From positions 186,001 to 250,000 of the forward strand of contig NW_003314400.1 in the NCBI RefSeq assembly GCF_000143415.4: a stretch of DNA of 64,000 nucleotides, given 5' to 3'. How positions within the stretch are numbered: the first letter of the stretch is position 1; the number at the start of each line of letters is the position of its first letter. Shown here piece by piece: positions 11,830 to 24,000 of the stretch. Below the pieces are notes generated by a model, which worked only from the letters and a program-made list of their open reading frames with translations, did not search any database and was not told where the DNA came from. Source of the stretch: Selaginella moellendorffii (Eukaryota; Plantae; Lycopodiophyta). Both the position numbers and the translations under genes were made by a program.

Positions 11830-13410
11830 TACCAGATGAATCGGTGAGATAAGTTTTCAGTGGTACAGAGCCAAATGTGAACATCTGCTGGACAAGGAAA
11901 CGAAAGATGATCAATTAATTGGCAAGGAACAAGCTTGCCTCGCAGTCGAAACACTTTCGAATGAGCCCTTGTCCCCGGGTTCGTATGGCGTTCATCTCAG
12001 GCCAGCTTGTGAGTTACTTCTCAATCATACTAGCCAGGAGCTCGAGTTTAAATAAAGTGTTGGAGCCTTTCCCCTCTTTTGAAGATTGCTACGACTTTGT
12101 TGAGCTTCCATTAAACTTGTGGAGTCCATCTCTTAAAGCGACAGTTGAAGGAAATCCTGAAGGAAGTCAGTGTCGGCAGCATAGAGTATCTCGGTTGTAA
12201 CTTGATAGTTCAAAGGAGTATAGAGATTTACGTCGCTTGAGTTGTTGAAGTGCCGCCTTAGTCTTTTCTTGATTCAGTGGTAGTGGTGCTGTTTGCTGGT
12301 CATATAGTTTGCTCAGATAGCTGTGCTAGCTCTCAACTTCTTAGATTCACCGGGGGTGTCTATTTCTTGAAGATACTGTAGGGATGATCCAGGTGGTATT
12401 TCATGTCTTTCGCCAGTTGGAGGTTCGTTTGCAATTCATACTGTCTGCATTTTGCCTTGACCACTTTGGAGAAGTTTTCTGCCTGTGGTTAATGTTTTAG
12501 GGCATGTTTGAGTTGCTTTTGCAGTGTATCATATTCCTTGTCCCATCATTCTTTACATGGTAAGCCGTATGCCTCGCTAGGTCGTCGTTTTCCACAGACT
12601 TTAATGGCTTTGTTGCAGAGAATTTAGTCGAGGAGTATAGCAGTGGTTGGTGTGTGGCTTCAGCAATCCATGTATATTGTATGTTATCTCTGTACTCTGT
12701 AACGCTCTTCTTTGGCCGCAAACATTTTGAACGCAATGGGAGTGTCTGTCGCAAATCCGCATGTGTGGATCCTTAGTGAGAAGTGTGCTAGAATGAACTC
12801 ATTTGTGCTCTTGCCTCCATTATAGGTGAAACATGTGTGCGAGGAGTTCTGTTCAAGATGATTAGCCGCACAGCTGTGCAGAAGGCCAGGAACTTTGAGC
12901 CACTGTTTTTGTCTACTAGCAACGTGTCTTGTGCAGTGATCTATTCCCATTCGAAATCATACCCATGAATTTTCTCTCAGCCAAGGCTGCCGGTGAGACA
13001 AAGCGCTTGTTAGTCCCCTGTTTGTGCATTGAAGTCTCCAGGTGGGATTAAGTAGCAGCATACTATCACAATGTCATCTTCCTGTTTTCCTCGGAGTTTT
13101 AGCATGAGGAATTGTTTGTAAACGGCGGAAGTTTTGTGAGATCCGTATACAGGAAGTAATGCCCCCAAATCCGCATGATCTGCCAGGAGTGGTCGGATGC
13201 CATGTGGAGAATAGTTGATATGGAAGTCGTTGTTCTATGCCCTGTTATGCATAGTCTAAGGTTAAACTCTGTGAATTCTGATATCCCGAGCCCTGACTTC
13301 CAGGGGAAGTCTTCAATCTTCCAGTTGAGGACGTGGATGTAGGAGCCGGCCGCAGCTGATTTTGAACAGCGATTCCTGGTCATACCTTTGAAGTTCAATA
13401 GTATCACTTG
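11830..13410 (-). mobile_element. Decayed LINE ORF2, endonuclease (EEP) region
   Basis: GDFNAQTG, NSGSKFLAFC..LIILN and HTCFTYNGGKST.EFIL motifs of the LINE AP-endonuclease, with many stops and frameshifts. Confidence 0.7.
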
Positions 13411-14599
13411 ATATGCTTTGTTATATGTACAGTTATCTTTATATTTGGCCGTTGCATATTAATGTTGCTCAGCAAATGAAGTTGAAAAGTGAGAGGCCGG
13501 TTTCTTGCGTGGGAGGAGCTACGGGCGGCTGGAGAAGAAAGTCAGATGCGCCCGTGAACTTTGTCTGCACTCACTTGGGGTGATGTCGTGTTCGGGAGGA
13601 GGTTGTGTGTTAACTTGGGGTGAGCCCCTCTCCGCTGGTGCCTGCAAATTCCTATGAACAACCCTAGGCTATGAACTCACCATAGAGGAACTGAGAGGCT
13701 CTGAACCTGAGCTCGGTGCCCGAGAACTTCAGCAATTGTCCACAATTTATAAATACAAACCAACAATAGAAAAGACATAAGAACCTCAGGCATCCCCAAC
13801 AATGAACAATTGAAGAGCAAACATGCAGAGCCAGGCTCCACATGTCTCCTCTCTAATTTGTTCAAAGTCGTCCTACACTACTCAATCACCAGCTCAAATC
13901 TCAACCAAGCCAAAGCCAGGTGCAGGATATGGATCCGTGTACAATCTCAAAGCCTCTCCAAAAGAATGATCCTCGTTGCCCAGATGAACAGACTCTAAAA
14001 CCTCCATAGTACCGCACTCAGAGCTCCTCTCCAGCTTCTCTACGAGCTCCTCCACAGCTCCTTTGCGGCTCCTCTACAGCTTCTCTCCTCAGTGTCACAG
14101 AGCACATATATAGAATGACATCGTCTGAAGGTTAGTCCCACAAAGTCATTCTCGTACGCTAGTGGATCGCCGAAACCAGCTGGCGGGCTTGGAATTTAGT
14201 CACCTAAAGTCATAATAGGGATGGCTCTTGTACCATTACCAGAATACCAAATGCTGTCTGATGGCCTTTCATTGCATTTCTTGAACTTTGATATCAACAC
14301 CCTGAATAGTAGTTAGCTTAACTAGTGAACAAGTGGTGCATTACTGAACATCAATGATAGCTATGCATAATGGGTGCCCAGGTCTGGTGAGGAAAAGGTG
14401 AAGAGTGTTAAAGCTTAACATTAAGCCTGAAGCTTTAAAGCAAATCCTAATTTATGATCTTAAAAAATTGTTTTAGGTTAGGATCTTATTTGAATCGATT
14501 TTACTTTATTCTTAAGTGTTTTAGTTGGCTTAGAGAAAGTGCAAAACATAATGCCATCTTAACTTAAAATAAGTTAAGATGGGCTAAGATTCAGTGAGA

Positions 14600-14990
14600 A
14601 TGGGCTCACTATCAGAACTCTGCATAGTGACATCCTAGCAATGTGAACCAATCATCTGACACAGGAGTCAAGAAATGTTGTCCACCAACTCTCTTCGGCA
14701 TTTACATCGACACTATGGAAGGAAAACAACTATCAGAGATTCAGGTAGCAGGTATGTATCTCTACCTCATGTTGTACGCTGACGATCTGTTACTCCTTGC
14801 ATAACATATGCAATACCAGCTTGACGTAAGAGTGAGATGGTATTACTTCGACAAACAAAGAAGCAAGCCACCAGATCCGATCAAAGTCTTCTATTGTGGA
14901 ACACTGAGAGTACAACAATACAAGTACCCTGGATACAGCGTCCATGAACGTGCCCCCTGGCATGCTGGAGCAGATGATCGTTTTCGTGGC
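14600..14990 (+). mobile_element. Decayed LINE reverse transcriptase fragment
   Basis: TGVKKCCP.PTLFGIYID...LMLYADDLLLLA (YADD motif) followed by YKYPG (YKYLG-like). Confidence 0.8.
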
Positions 14991-15824
14991 AACCACAACA
15001 TCAGCCATTAGGGAATGAAGCGCGAAATGCCCCATGCGTTGTATATGGTTTTTTTCTACAAGCTTGACGCAAAAAGCAACCCTTTCGGAAGTGCGAGTTT
15101 TGCACAGAAGATAGTCTGCCCGTGTTAAGTCCCCACCATAAATCAAATAAATAAACCATACAGAGAAATTTTGATTTAAAAAACATATATATCTATATAT
15201 ATCTATATTCAATTTACTATTTTCAATTTAACCACTAGTTAATCCACAAACCCCAGACACGATCAACCTCATTACCTTTTTCACATTGGCTTGACAGCTC
15301 CAACCTCTGAAAACCTTCATCAAGCAGGGGAGCAGTGATGGTCATAACACACCGCATTTCGTCTCCGGCTGCGAATCATCAGCAGTAAGTTACCTTCGAG
15401 GCTTCAACGTCTGATGGCGCGGTAGCTTCTTCTACCACTGGGAGGAGGAAGAGCTGGAGAAGGCAATGAGTTTGCTTGCGCTGCAGACGAAACGGGCTTA
15501 CCACCAGCAGCAGGCGACAGTGTTGAGAGGTGCTGGAGTTGCTCAACCAGCTGCAAGGCCTCTCAAGAAAATCAGCAACAAAAGAAAATCACACCCCAAT
15601 TGTTTCTACTCACAATTGAAGCATACGATTTCTTCCTTTGCGTGTCATCAGCGTCCACAGCCTCATCCATTTCCAATGTCGCATTGCTCCCTCACTCAAC
15701 ATCTCTTCTTCCTCCGCCTCCTCCTGAGGCATTTCATACTCGTCCTCTATTTGCTCTTCAGCGAGAACACTGTCGTTACTTCACGGTGAGGAGCTTCAGG
15801 GACTGTAAAACAAACTAAGAATGC

Positions 15825-15930
15825 GGCAGCAGCAGCAGTAGCAGTTCGACCAAACAAACAGCAGCAGCAGTTCAAGCACACAACAGTTCGACCAAACAAA
15901 CAGCAGCTCCGACCAAACAAACAAAGCAGG
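15825..15930. repeat. CAG-rich minisatellite with cgaccaaacaaaca x3
   Basis: Seen directly. Confidence 0.75.
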
Positions 15931-16449
15931 AAAAACAAAGAAGACTGGCCGGTTCTACCAAGCAAAGCTTCAATGTGGACTAGAGATTGTTGAGCAAGTA
16001 GCCGCTTATGGTGCTCTGAAGCGCTTTCGTTGAGCCGGGACGCACACGCAACCCTCGTGAAGAGGCGGTGGAAGGATCAAGGAGTAGCTGATCAAATCCT
16101 GCCTAACCTAAGATCCTGCGGATTAAACCTTAAATATTTAACAGTAAACAAAAATAAGCTTGGGTTAGTGGACTTGGCCAAAACCCTTTAAGAAATACAT
16201 ATTGATTTAGTTTTGAGCGAATGCAAATAAATTTAGCATCACAAAAAAAGGTAAAGTCTCTCATCATTTTCTTTCTAGTTAAGGGGAAATAAATAACACT
16301 TTCATGACCTAAGACCTGTCAGTGAATGCAGGGAATACACAGCTAATTGGTTGCCACGGACAGGCTATCTCAAAATCAGGCCACACTCTTTCTCTGACAC
16401 AGGTGAACACACTATTTGCCTCTTGCTGTTATCCTCTCACCTCCTGTGT

Positions 16450-16892
16450 GTTTCAGATACTGCTGCCACTGCAACCATAGAACAGTTCTTCAGCCAAGCC
16501 AGTGTCTCCACTGAACTGTCAACTCCTCTATTCTTACTTGTAAGATTTCTCGTCGTCGTGAACTGGCACTACGATGGCGTACGAGATCATTTTCTTCATC
16601 CGATCCTTGTTCTGGAGGCTACACACACGCACAAACAAACAATGGTCACTCGCTCACTCCACCACAAGAAAAGAGAAAATCGAAACGAGAATCGAAGAAA
16701 GAGAGCTCACAATTTCATGAGATCTTGGTTGCGGTAGCAGCTCTGGAGCACATCATCCTCGTTGAGAATCTCCTCGAGACTGCACTCTTCGCTTTCGAGC
16801 ATGTTTGGCAGCTGATAGGAGGAATAGGAAGCTTAGCGCAAGGGAATGCAAGAAGGAACACCTACATTCGAGCCCCAGAAGGAGCCGGCCAT
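16450..16892 (-). pseudogene. SIT4/PP6 phosphatase-associated (SAPS) family N-terminal fragment
   Basis: Spliced exons MAGSFWGSN|LPNMLESEECSLEEILNEDDVLQSC.RNQDLMK|LQNKDRMKKMISYAIV resemble the SAPS N-terminus (FW..LEELLDEE..QEC..N..L..F). No further exons recognised. Confidence 0.55.
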
Positions 16893-17139
16893 GGCGCAGA
16901 CGAGATTCTAGCTCCCAATCATCGACGAGCCTCTTCCCGGGACAAAACCCTAGCTAGATCCCACCTCAAAATGCGCGCCTCGATCGTGACAAGAAGAGGA
17001 TGAGCAAGCCCGGAAGAGATTCTACCGCGCTGGAGCGTGGATTGGAAGCAAGAAAGGCGGCCTTGGGCCGAAAAGGAAGAAAGCTTTGGAACTAGGCCTA
17101 AGAAGAGAAATTTTGGAACGGCCGCCTTGTAAACAACAC

Positions 17140-17338
17140 CTATAGTTATAACAATAGGGCGGCGGTGGTGAAGGTGGTGGCGGTGATGGTGGCGGAGGTG
17201 GTGATGGTGGAGGAGGTGAGGGTGGAGATGTGGTGGTGATGGTGACGAGGCAGTGATGGTGACAAGGGTGGTGACAAGTTCTACTGTTCTACCTTGTTGG
17301 GTGGCACAAACAAGACCACAAAGAAGATGAGTATTCAT
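17140..17338 (-). pseudogene. Degenerate short extensin-like (SPPPP) gene
   Basis: Hydrophobic ILIFFVVLFV segment, an in-frame stop, then frameshifted (SPPPP)n followed by YCYNYRCC. Confidence 0.45.
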
Positions 17339-17803
17339 TTTATAGGTGGATCTAATGGTTATAGAAAAATAGAAAAAATGATATAAAGGTAATAGAGCAT
17401 ACGTTAAATTGATATAAAAGTCATCTTTAGGCTGAGACTTTTACGCACGAGTTTCTTGCGAGCGAGTCTTGTTCACAGATAGGGAGAGAGTTTGGTTGGG
17501 GGGGCACATCTCTTGAAAAAATATATATTGCAGGTGTCCTCAGATTGCTCAACGAGACTAAAAAACCCTGCGCGAGACCATGAGATGGCCACGAGGCAGC
17601 AGTATATACTTAGTGGCGCTTCGTGGGAGAGACACGAAAGTCGAAGCACAGAGACGGTGAGGACGGTGAGAGAGAGAGGGGGGGGGGGGGGGCCAAGCTT
17701 TGGAACTTGGAGGGATAGACCAAGAGCTTGTAGCAAGTTATCGTTCTAGGGGAATTGCCACCATATAGGTCCCGGCTTGCGCAGCTCTGGGGGATTCTGG
17801 AGC

Positions 17804-18547
17804 ATGGTGCGCCCTAGCACTCTGCTCATCCTCTGCTGTGTGGGCTTCCTTCTCTTCCCGATTTTCCAGAGTGTCAATGGAGCTCTAGAACTCATAGACT
17901 GCGCACTCAACGAGCAACGCTGCTGTGCGTTCCCAACAGGTTTGGTTCTCTGGCAATGCTGGGCAAGGATTAGCTACTGGGGAGGCTGCGCTGCACCACC
18001 ACCACCACGACGTCCTCCATCGCCATCACCACCACCAGCACGGTCCCCACCTCCACCATCACCCCCACCACTGTCACCACCCCCAACACAGTCCCCACCT
18101 CCGCCATCACCTCCGCCACCATCTCCACCACCTCCAACACCGTCCCCACCTCCGCCTTCACCTCCTCCGCCATCACCCCCACCACCATCTCCACCACCTC
18201 CAACACCGTCCCCACCTCCGCCTTCACCTCCTCCGCCATCACCCCCACCACCATCTCCACCACCTCCAACACCATCCCCACCTCCACCATCACCTCCACC
18301 ACCGTCACCACCCCCACCTTCCCCTCCGCCACCATCACCGCCTCCTCCTCCTTCTCCACCGCCACCATCACCCCCGCCACCGTCGCCTCCGCCGCCATCT
18401 CCACCTCCTCCTCCTTCTCCGCCGCCACCATCACCCCCGCCACCGTCCCCTCCGCCGCCATCTCCACCACCTCCGCCTTCATCGCATTCCCGTCGTGTCT
18501 CCATTTCTATGATTGCAGTGACTATTATAACATCTCTCTGTTATTAG
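17804..18547 (+). CDS. Secreted Cys-headed extensin-like hydroxyproline-rich glycoprotein
   Basis: ATG at 17804. Signal peptide MVRPSTLLILCCVGFLLFPIFQSVNG, ~40-aa segment with 5 Cys, ~160 aa of SPPPP/SPPPPTP repeats and a hydrophobic C-terminal tail. Confidence 0.8.
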   Translation: MVRPSTLLILCCVGFLLFPIFQSVNGALELIDCALNEQRCCAFPTGLVLWQCWARISYWGGCAAPPPPRRPPSPSPPPARSPPPPSPPPLSPPPTQSPPPPSPPPPSPPPPTPSPPPPSPPPPSPPPPSPPPPTPSPPPPSPPPPSPPPPSPPPPTPSPPPPSPPPPSPPPPSPPPPSPPPPPSPPPPSPPPPSPPPPSPPPPPSPPPPSPPPPSPPPPSPPPPPSSHSRRVSISMIAVTIITSLCY

Positions 18548-18627
18548 ATGGCTCATTGGAGCTCCAATTTGTATAGCTGAGAGGTTTCCGTTTCGAGTTG
18601 TGAGTCTTTCCTTTGGAATGGAAATTT

Positions 18628-20031
18628 ATGCACAGGGCCACAGTGAATGCTCTCGCGAGGCTCGTCCAAAATTGCAAGAACTTGGAGGAGGGCCGATGCC
18701 TCCACGCCGGGATCAAGCGCACCGATCTCTCCCGCGACTCTTACCTCAACAATCTCTTGATCGCGATGTATGGCCGCCATGGCAGCCCCGCGGACGCTCG
18801 CGACGTCTTCGACAAGCTTGGAGCTTCCACCACTATCTTCAGCTGGAACTTGCTCATCACAGCCTTCGTTTCCAGCGGAAAGACCCAAGATGCCGCGGCT
18901 GCTTTCTCGCGGATGCCACAGCACGACGTTGTCTCGTGGAATGCGGTTCTCTCGGCTTACACCCGATCGGGAAGAACCCCAATGGCTCGCCAACTTTTCG
19001 ATTCCATGCCACAGAGGAGCGTTGTGTCGTGGACAACGATGATCACAGCATATACCGAGTCTAGGCATCTTGCCAATGCAAAGGGTTCCTTCTACAAGAT
19101 GCCTCAGCATAACAAGGTTACGTTTTGCGTAATGTTGCAAGCTCTCACGCAACACGCTGGGTCTAGTCAAGCTAAAGTCTTGTTTGATGGCATGCAAGAA
19201 CGAGATAATACAATCTGGAACACCGTTCTCAACGCATATGCCTTGGAAGAAAGCCTTGAGCTTGCGGAAGAGATCCTTGCAAAGATGCCTCTACAGTGTA
19301 AGTTTTCATGGACAATTATGCTCTTGGCATATGCCCGCGCCAGCTTACTCGACAAAGCGAAACAACTGTTTGATGTCATGGCCGAGAGAGACGTGGTTTC
19401 ATGGAACGCATTGATTCAGGCAAGTGCCGAGAGTGGGCTTCTGGAGAAAGTTGTGATACTCTTTGATCGGGTGCCGCAATGCAACATGTCGTCATGCAAC
19501 TCGACGCTCGTAGCTTACGTCCAGTGCGGGTATCTTGATCAAGCACACAAACTCTTCGCGAGGATCCCCGATAGAGATTTAGCGTCCTGGAGCATCATGA
19601 TCCTCGGGTGTGCTGGAAACCGGCAGGAGCGACTGGCACTGGAGCACTTCGGTGAGATGCTGCTCGAGGGGATCAAGTGCGACGAGATCACGATGCTGGG
19701 GGTCTTGTCAGCGTGCAATCACTTGGGCCTAATCCAGGAAGGAGTGAGCTACTTTGTGATGATGGTGGCAGAGCTCGGGATTGATCCGTTCGTGGAGCAC
19801 TTCAGCAGCCTAGTGGATCTTCTCGCGAGAGTGGGGCAGCTGAGAGAAGCTCACGACTTGCTGAGAAACATGCCGTTCGTGCCGGATCCAGCGGCGTGCT
19901 GCTCCATGCTGGGCGCTTGCAGGACTCACGGTGATGTGGAGCTGGGAGCTTACACGGCTGCAAACGAGGAGTTTGGGATCGAGCCACACCATCCATCGCC
20001 ATATCTCTTCCTCTCGAGCATGAAGCACTGA
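18628..20031 (+). CDS. PLS-class PPR protein ending in E domain, no DYW (candidate organellar RNA-editing factor)
   Basis: Uninterrupted ORF with repeated VVSWN/WT motifs, ITMLGVLSACNHLGLIQEG, HFSSLVDLLARVGQL..MPFVPD..LGACRTHGDVELG. Confidence 0.88.
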   Translation: MHRATVNALARLVQNCKNLEEGRCLHAGIKRTDLSRDSYLNNLLIAMYGRHGSPADARDVFDKLGASTTIFSWNLLITAFVSSGKTQDAAAAFSRMPQHDVVSWNAVLSAYTRSGRTPMARQLFDSMPQRSVVSWTTMITAYTESRHLANAKGSFYKMPQHNKVTFCVMLQALTQHAGSSQAKVLFDGMQERDNTIWNTVLNAYALEESLELAEEILAKMPLQCKFSWTIMLLAYARASLLDKAKQLFDVMAERDVVSWNALIQASAESGLLEKVVILFDRVPQCNMSSCNSTLVAYVQCGYLDQAHKLFARIPDRDLASWSIMILGCAGNRQERLALEHFGEMLLEGIKCDEITMLGVLSACNHLGLIQEGVSYFVMMVAELGIDPFVEHFSSLVDLLARVGQLREAHDLLRNMPFVPDPAACCSMLGACRTHGDVELGAYTAANEEFGIEPHHPSPYLFLSSMKH

Positions 20032-20349
20032 GATAGATTCCACAAGCTTAGTAACTGGGATAACAAATTTAGTACCTTAAACCTTAAACGTAAGAAAATC
20101 GAAGCTCTTGGCTCCAGGGAGTTGATACTTTGAAGTGCAACATCACACAAGTCTGCCAACTCTTGGAAGTGAAGCCTGGCTCCAAGTACGAGTGGAAGTA
20201 TTACACGACAAAAGAAGAGTTCTCACCTGTACAACTATCTTGTACGAGGTTCTTCTTTGCCATGTATTGTTTTGATGATATCCTGGACTTGGAGAAAGCC
20301 AAACCATTCTTTTCCTTTGATCGAGAAATCTAGCTCCATATCCAGGGCA

Positions 20350-20945
20350 GCTTCTTTAATACACCGCAGCAGCATTGGTGAATGCCAAGTTCTTGGAGAC
20401 CTGGATGGAAGCGAAGGTATGGAGAGGAGCTGTGGATGCAACACGGCAGTGTCGAGAGCCTTTGTGTCTCTTCTCAAGTGGTGCATACAAGAGAATAATT
20501 TACACAAGTTCGTTGCGTGCACAGTTTTGTTTCCGCGAGGCATCCTAGCTGCGCTGAAGACCAGTTCGTGGGAAACACGATACTACAGGCATATGATCTA
20601 GCACATAAGGTGTTTGTGGGCATTTGGAACAAAGATCTATTCTCGTGGCCGCAGCTTCTGTGCAGAATGGACAGTTTGCTGAGGCGTTATTGTTGTTTAC
20701 ACGGATCGAGTAAAGTAACTTGCATCACTGTTGCTTTTTTCTGCTTGTTCTTGCTTGCTTTGGTGAGAAAGATGTTCCAAAAGAAATTGCCACTCACAGA
20801 CTGATCGAAGAGAGTGAGCTTGCTTCCAACGAACCCTTGTGCCACTTGCTCCTGAACACCGAGCTTGGGAGACTAGAGGGTGTTTGGGAAATTTTTGAAA
20901 AGATGGCAAGCAAGAACGTGATCTCTTGGATGTCCATTGTCTCGA
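20350..20945 (+). pseudogene. PLS-PPR N-terminal fragment plus part of module A
   Basis: FVSLLKWC..DQFVGNTILQAY..VFVGIWNKDLFSW. 20690-20945 is paralogous to 1925-2175. Confidence 0.8.
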
Positions 20946-21079
20946 TTACTTCTGGAAGATCTTTCTCACTAGAGCAAGCAAGAACGAAGCAGAGAAATCA
21001 ATAGTGATGCAAGTCATCAGAGATGTCTTTACTCGATCCAGCTCCATCCGTGTCAACAGCAACAACGCCTCGACAAAAT

Positions 21080-21400
21080 GCTTATTCTGCGCAGAAGCTA
21101 CGACCACAAGAAGAGATCTCTATTCCAGATGCCTGCAAACTGATCAAGTTTGCCTGTAGTATCGTGTTTCGCACAAACTGGTATTCAGCGCAGCCGGGAT
21201 GCCTTGCGGAAACAAAGCTGTGCACGCGGCAAATTTGTGCTAAATTATTCTCTTGTATGCACCATTTGAGAAGATACACAAAGGCTCTTGACATTAATGT
21301 GTTGACATCCACGGTTCGCAAGAGATCTCCATACCTTCGCTTCCATCCAGGGCTCCAAGAACTTGGCATTCATAGATGTTGCTGCCGTGTGTCGAATCCA
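21080..21400 (-). pseudogene. Inverted copy of the PLS-PPR N-terminal fragment
   Basis: RAFVYLLKWCIQENNL..HSFVSARHPGCAEYQFVRNTILQA, the reverse complement of ~20365-20665. Confidence 0.8.
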
Positions 21401-21662
21401 CTGCAAACTCATCTAGCAGGATCTATGTATCTCATGACCAAGGAGCAAGCTCTAAACCCCTTGTAAAGTAGCGACAACTTCTCAGTGAATCCAGGTGCCA
21501 GGAATTGCTACATTGACCATGTGATGAGGAGAATAGCTTTGTAGTCAACCCGATCCAGGAGGTTGTACGGCACATTGTTGACCACGGCTAAATAAGAATA
21601 TTCTTAAAGGGATTTAGGATCAATATAAAAGGGTTTATTCTGCAAAACATTTCTAGGGTTAC

Positions 21663-22603
21663 ATGGCAATAGCTTTTGGACAGTTGGTTGCAAAACTTGA
21701 GGCTGAAAGGAAGATTGAAGTTATGTGGGATGTTGGTTGTTACTGTAATGCTATCTCACGAAAATTAGTGGAAGAACTCAATATCACAGTGGATATAAAT
21801 TGGCAAGTTAAGGATTTTAAATTCACAGTACAGGGTTGTAAATTCAAAGAAACTTTCACTGCATTACCACTTGTTTCACATAGCAGTGATATAATATTGG
21901 GTTCACCATGGATACATCAACATTGCCTACAATTAAATTGCAATGATAGTAAAAGTACAATAACATTTGAGATAGATGGTATTGTATATTGTCTTATTGG
22001 TGACAATAACTTATCTCGGCCAAGAAGGTTTAGAAGGATAAATCAACATATATGTAATACGTTTTATGATCTGTATTACCCTGGGAGAATCAATGACTAC
22101 GAAATCAAAATCGTAATAGATAATGGTTGTGACACATCAGCTATATCACTTGATCTTGTCAAGAAACTTGGACTCCCTACAATTCACAGTCACAAGTATT
22201 TTGGAATCAGGCCAATTGCAGCTGATCAATTGGAGGAGGTTATGGAGTTGAGAATTTAGCTTATAACTTGGGAAAGTTTTTTGAAAGAAGAACATTTGAT
22301 GTTCTTAAAGACTCCTCTGATAGTATATTTCTTGGGAAAGATTGGCTTGACAAGCACTCAGCAATTATTGACTTTAGAAATCACAATGTTACTTTTAAAT
22401 GCAGTGAATCAGGTTTGTGGTACAGATTTCAATATCCTCATGGTATTTATGAAGTGAGTAAAGATAAATTCAAGGAAGAGATGAATAGCTTGTGTTGGTG
22501 CTCCAACACTATAGAAGATCAAGCTGCAGTAAAACTTTCTAATCCCTATACCTGGAGAATGCCATCTTTTGGAGTCCTCCTGCAATGGTTTAGGTTGAGA
22601 TGA
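21663..22603 (+). pseudogene. Tandem retropepsin-domain protein, copy 1 (1-nt deletion near 22237)
   Basis: Colinear with 30911..31852. ggaggaggttat instead of ggaggaaggttat splits the ORF. A sequencing error cannot be excluded. Confidence 0.8.
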
Positions 22604-23009
22604 CCAAGGATGACAGACAGATAAACCCTATAATAAAAATAATGTGATATATATAAGTCTATAGATTTGCTTAGAGAGAGTGATCTTGGACGCCATCCAA
22701 GTCAGGTTGATCTGCCATCAGCAATGGAATCCAACCGCCCGTTTCTAACGGCTCAGGTCAAGTCAAGCGTAGTCAAACTTCTTCAAAGCTCAAGGAAGAA
22801 ATATAGCTACGTGACACCTGTCATATTCTAATTCCTCCCAGAAATTGTTGATCTTGAGCTTTTCGCTTTTTTCGTTTGTTCTTTGTTGAGTAATGTCTTT
22901 GTTAAAAAAACGGTCATTGAATAAAAAAGATTGATCGGAGCATCGTCCTTGCAAAGTGAACTTTTGTGCTCCATCAAGATCTCTGCATCAAAATCAAGAG
23001 ATGCAGTTT

Positions 23010-23290
23010 ACACCTCATGCACTGGAATACAAAGAGAAAGAGAGTGATGAAAACGAAAACGAAGAAAAGACCATGTTTGAATACCTTGTGTAGGACGGTC
23101 TTCCACGACGAAGTTATCACGTCCCCCTTGGAGCCCATGAAACCTGTGTAGCTTCCCAAGCCAACCGCGGTTTCCACACCGCAAGCAGCGTCTCGCTCCG
23201 CAAACCTCCGCTTTCGAGGCCACTAATCCATGGGCCTTCCGTGCTTGTCCAGGCTTTCACCGGACATGATTCTCTTGTTCCATTCTTCGT
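23010..23290 (-). pseudogene. MED16: MED16 3' fragment (inverted; also at ~32250-32530 and ~53805-54080)
   Basis: Reverse complement of ~38068-38380 (ETAVGLGSYTGFMGS..DVITSSWKT) with its intron. Confidence 0.8.
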
Positions 23291-24000
23291 CTCGGCTCAC
23301 ACCCAAGCCGGGGACTGGAGATGACTCTGTCGCTCTTCGCGGGAATGCAGCTGGATGGCGTCACTGCACACAGATGGAGTGCCTGCTCGAGCATTCCAGC
23401 TCCAGTGCGGTCGTGAGCACTGCATCCTCTTCCAGACCACCACTCTTTAGAAGTTCCTGGTAGAGGAGCTTGCCTTGCACTGGAGTGACATGTATGCCAG
23501 CTGCGGAGGCCTGGAAACCGCCGACAGGGACATGGTTTTCAAGGGCGACGTCTCGTGGACTGCGATGATCGCTGGATATGTGCGCAAAGAAAGCCGTGGA
23601 GCTCTTCTGGGAGGTGCTGGCACACGGCATGATCCCCGGGGCCGTGACGTTTCTCCACTTGTTCTCGGCAGCTTCATGGAGGAGTCGCGGTCGTACCTTT
23701 ACACGATGCTTGAGGACTACAAGCTGGTGCCGGAGCTGGATCACCAGGTCTGTGATTGATCGGCTTGCTGGGACGGCTCGACAGGGCCGATGAGCTGCTC
23801 CAAACCGGGCCTGGAGGACGCTGCTTTCGGCTTGCAAGACGCACACAACAAACAAGGATCGAGCGGACCAAGCGGCAAAGAAGAATAACAGCGAGCTCGA
23901 TCCGGGATGTGCTCCCATCCTCTCCAACTTAAACACCGATGCCGGGGAATGAAAAGGTGGAAGAAGCAACAGCCGCAGGGCCAGCTCCTCGCTGCTATGA
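23285..24000 (+). pseudogene. PLS-PPR fragment (module A', carries micro-inversion)
   Basis: DMYASCGGLETA, DVSWTAMIAGY. Paralog of 32525-33235 and 54075-54790. Confidence 0.8.

Noticed and set aside
13600-14160. Solo LTR
   Set aside because: Composition is suggestive, but I could not fix TG..CA ends or a TSD.
15005-16250. Mutator-like TIR element
   Set aside because: The gggaat..aaatgcccc start is suggestive, but no convincing partner TIR was found.
17925-18512. His-rich, Gly-rich and Val-rich ORFs
   Set aside because: Alternative-frame and antisense shadows of the SPPPP repeat.
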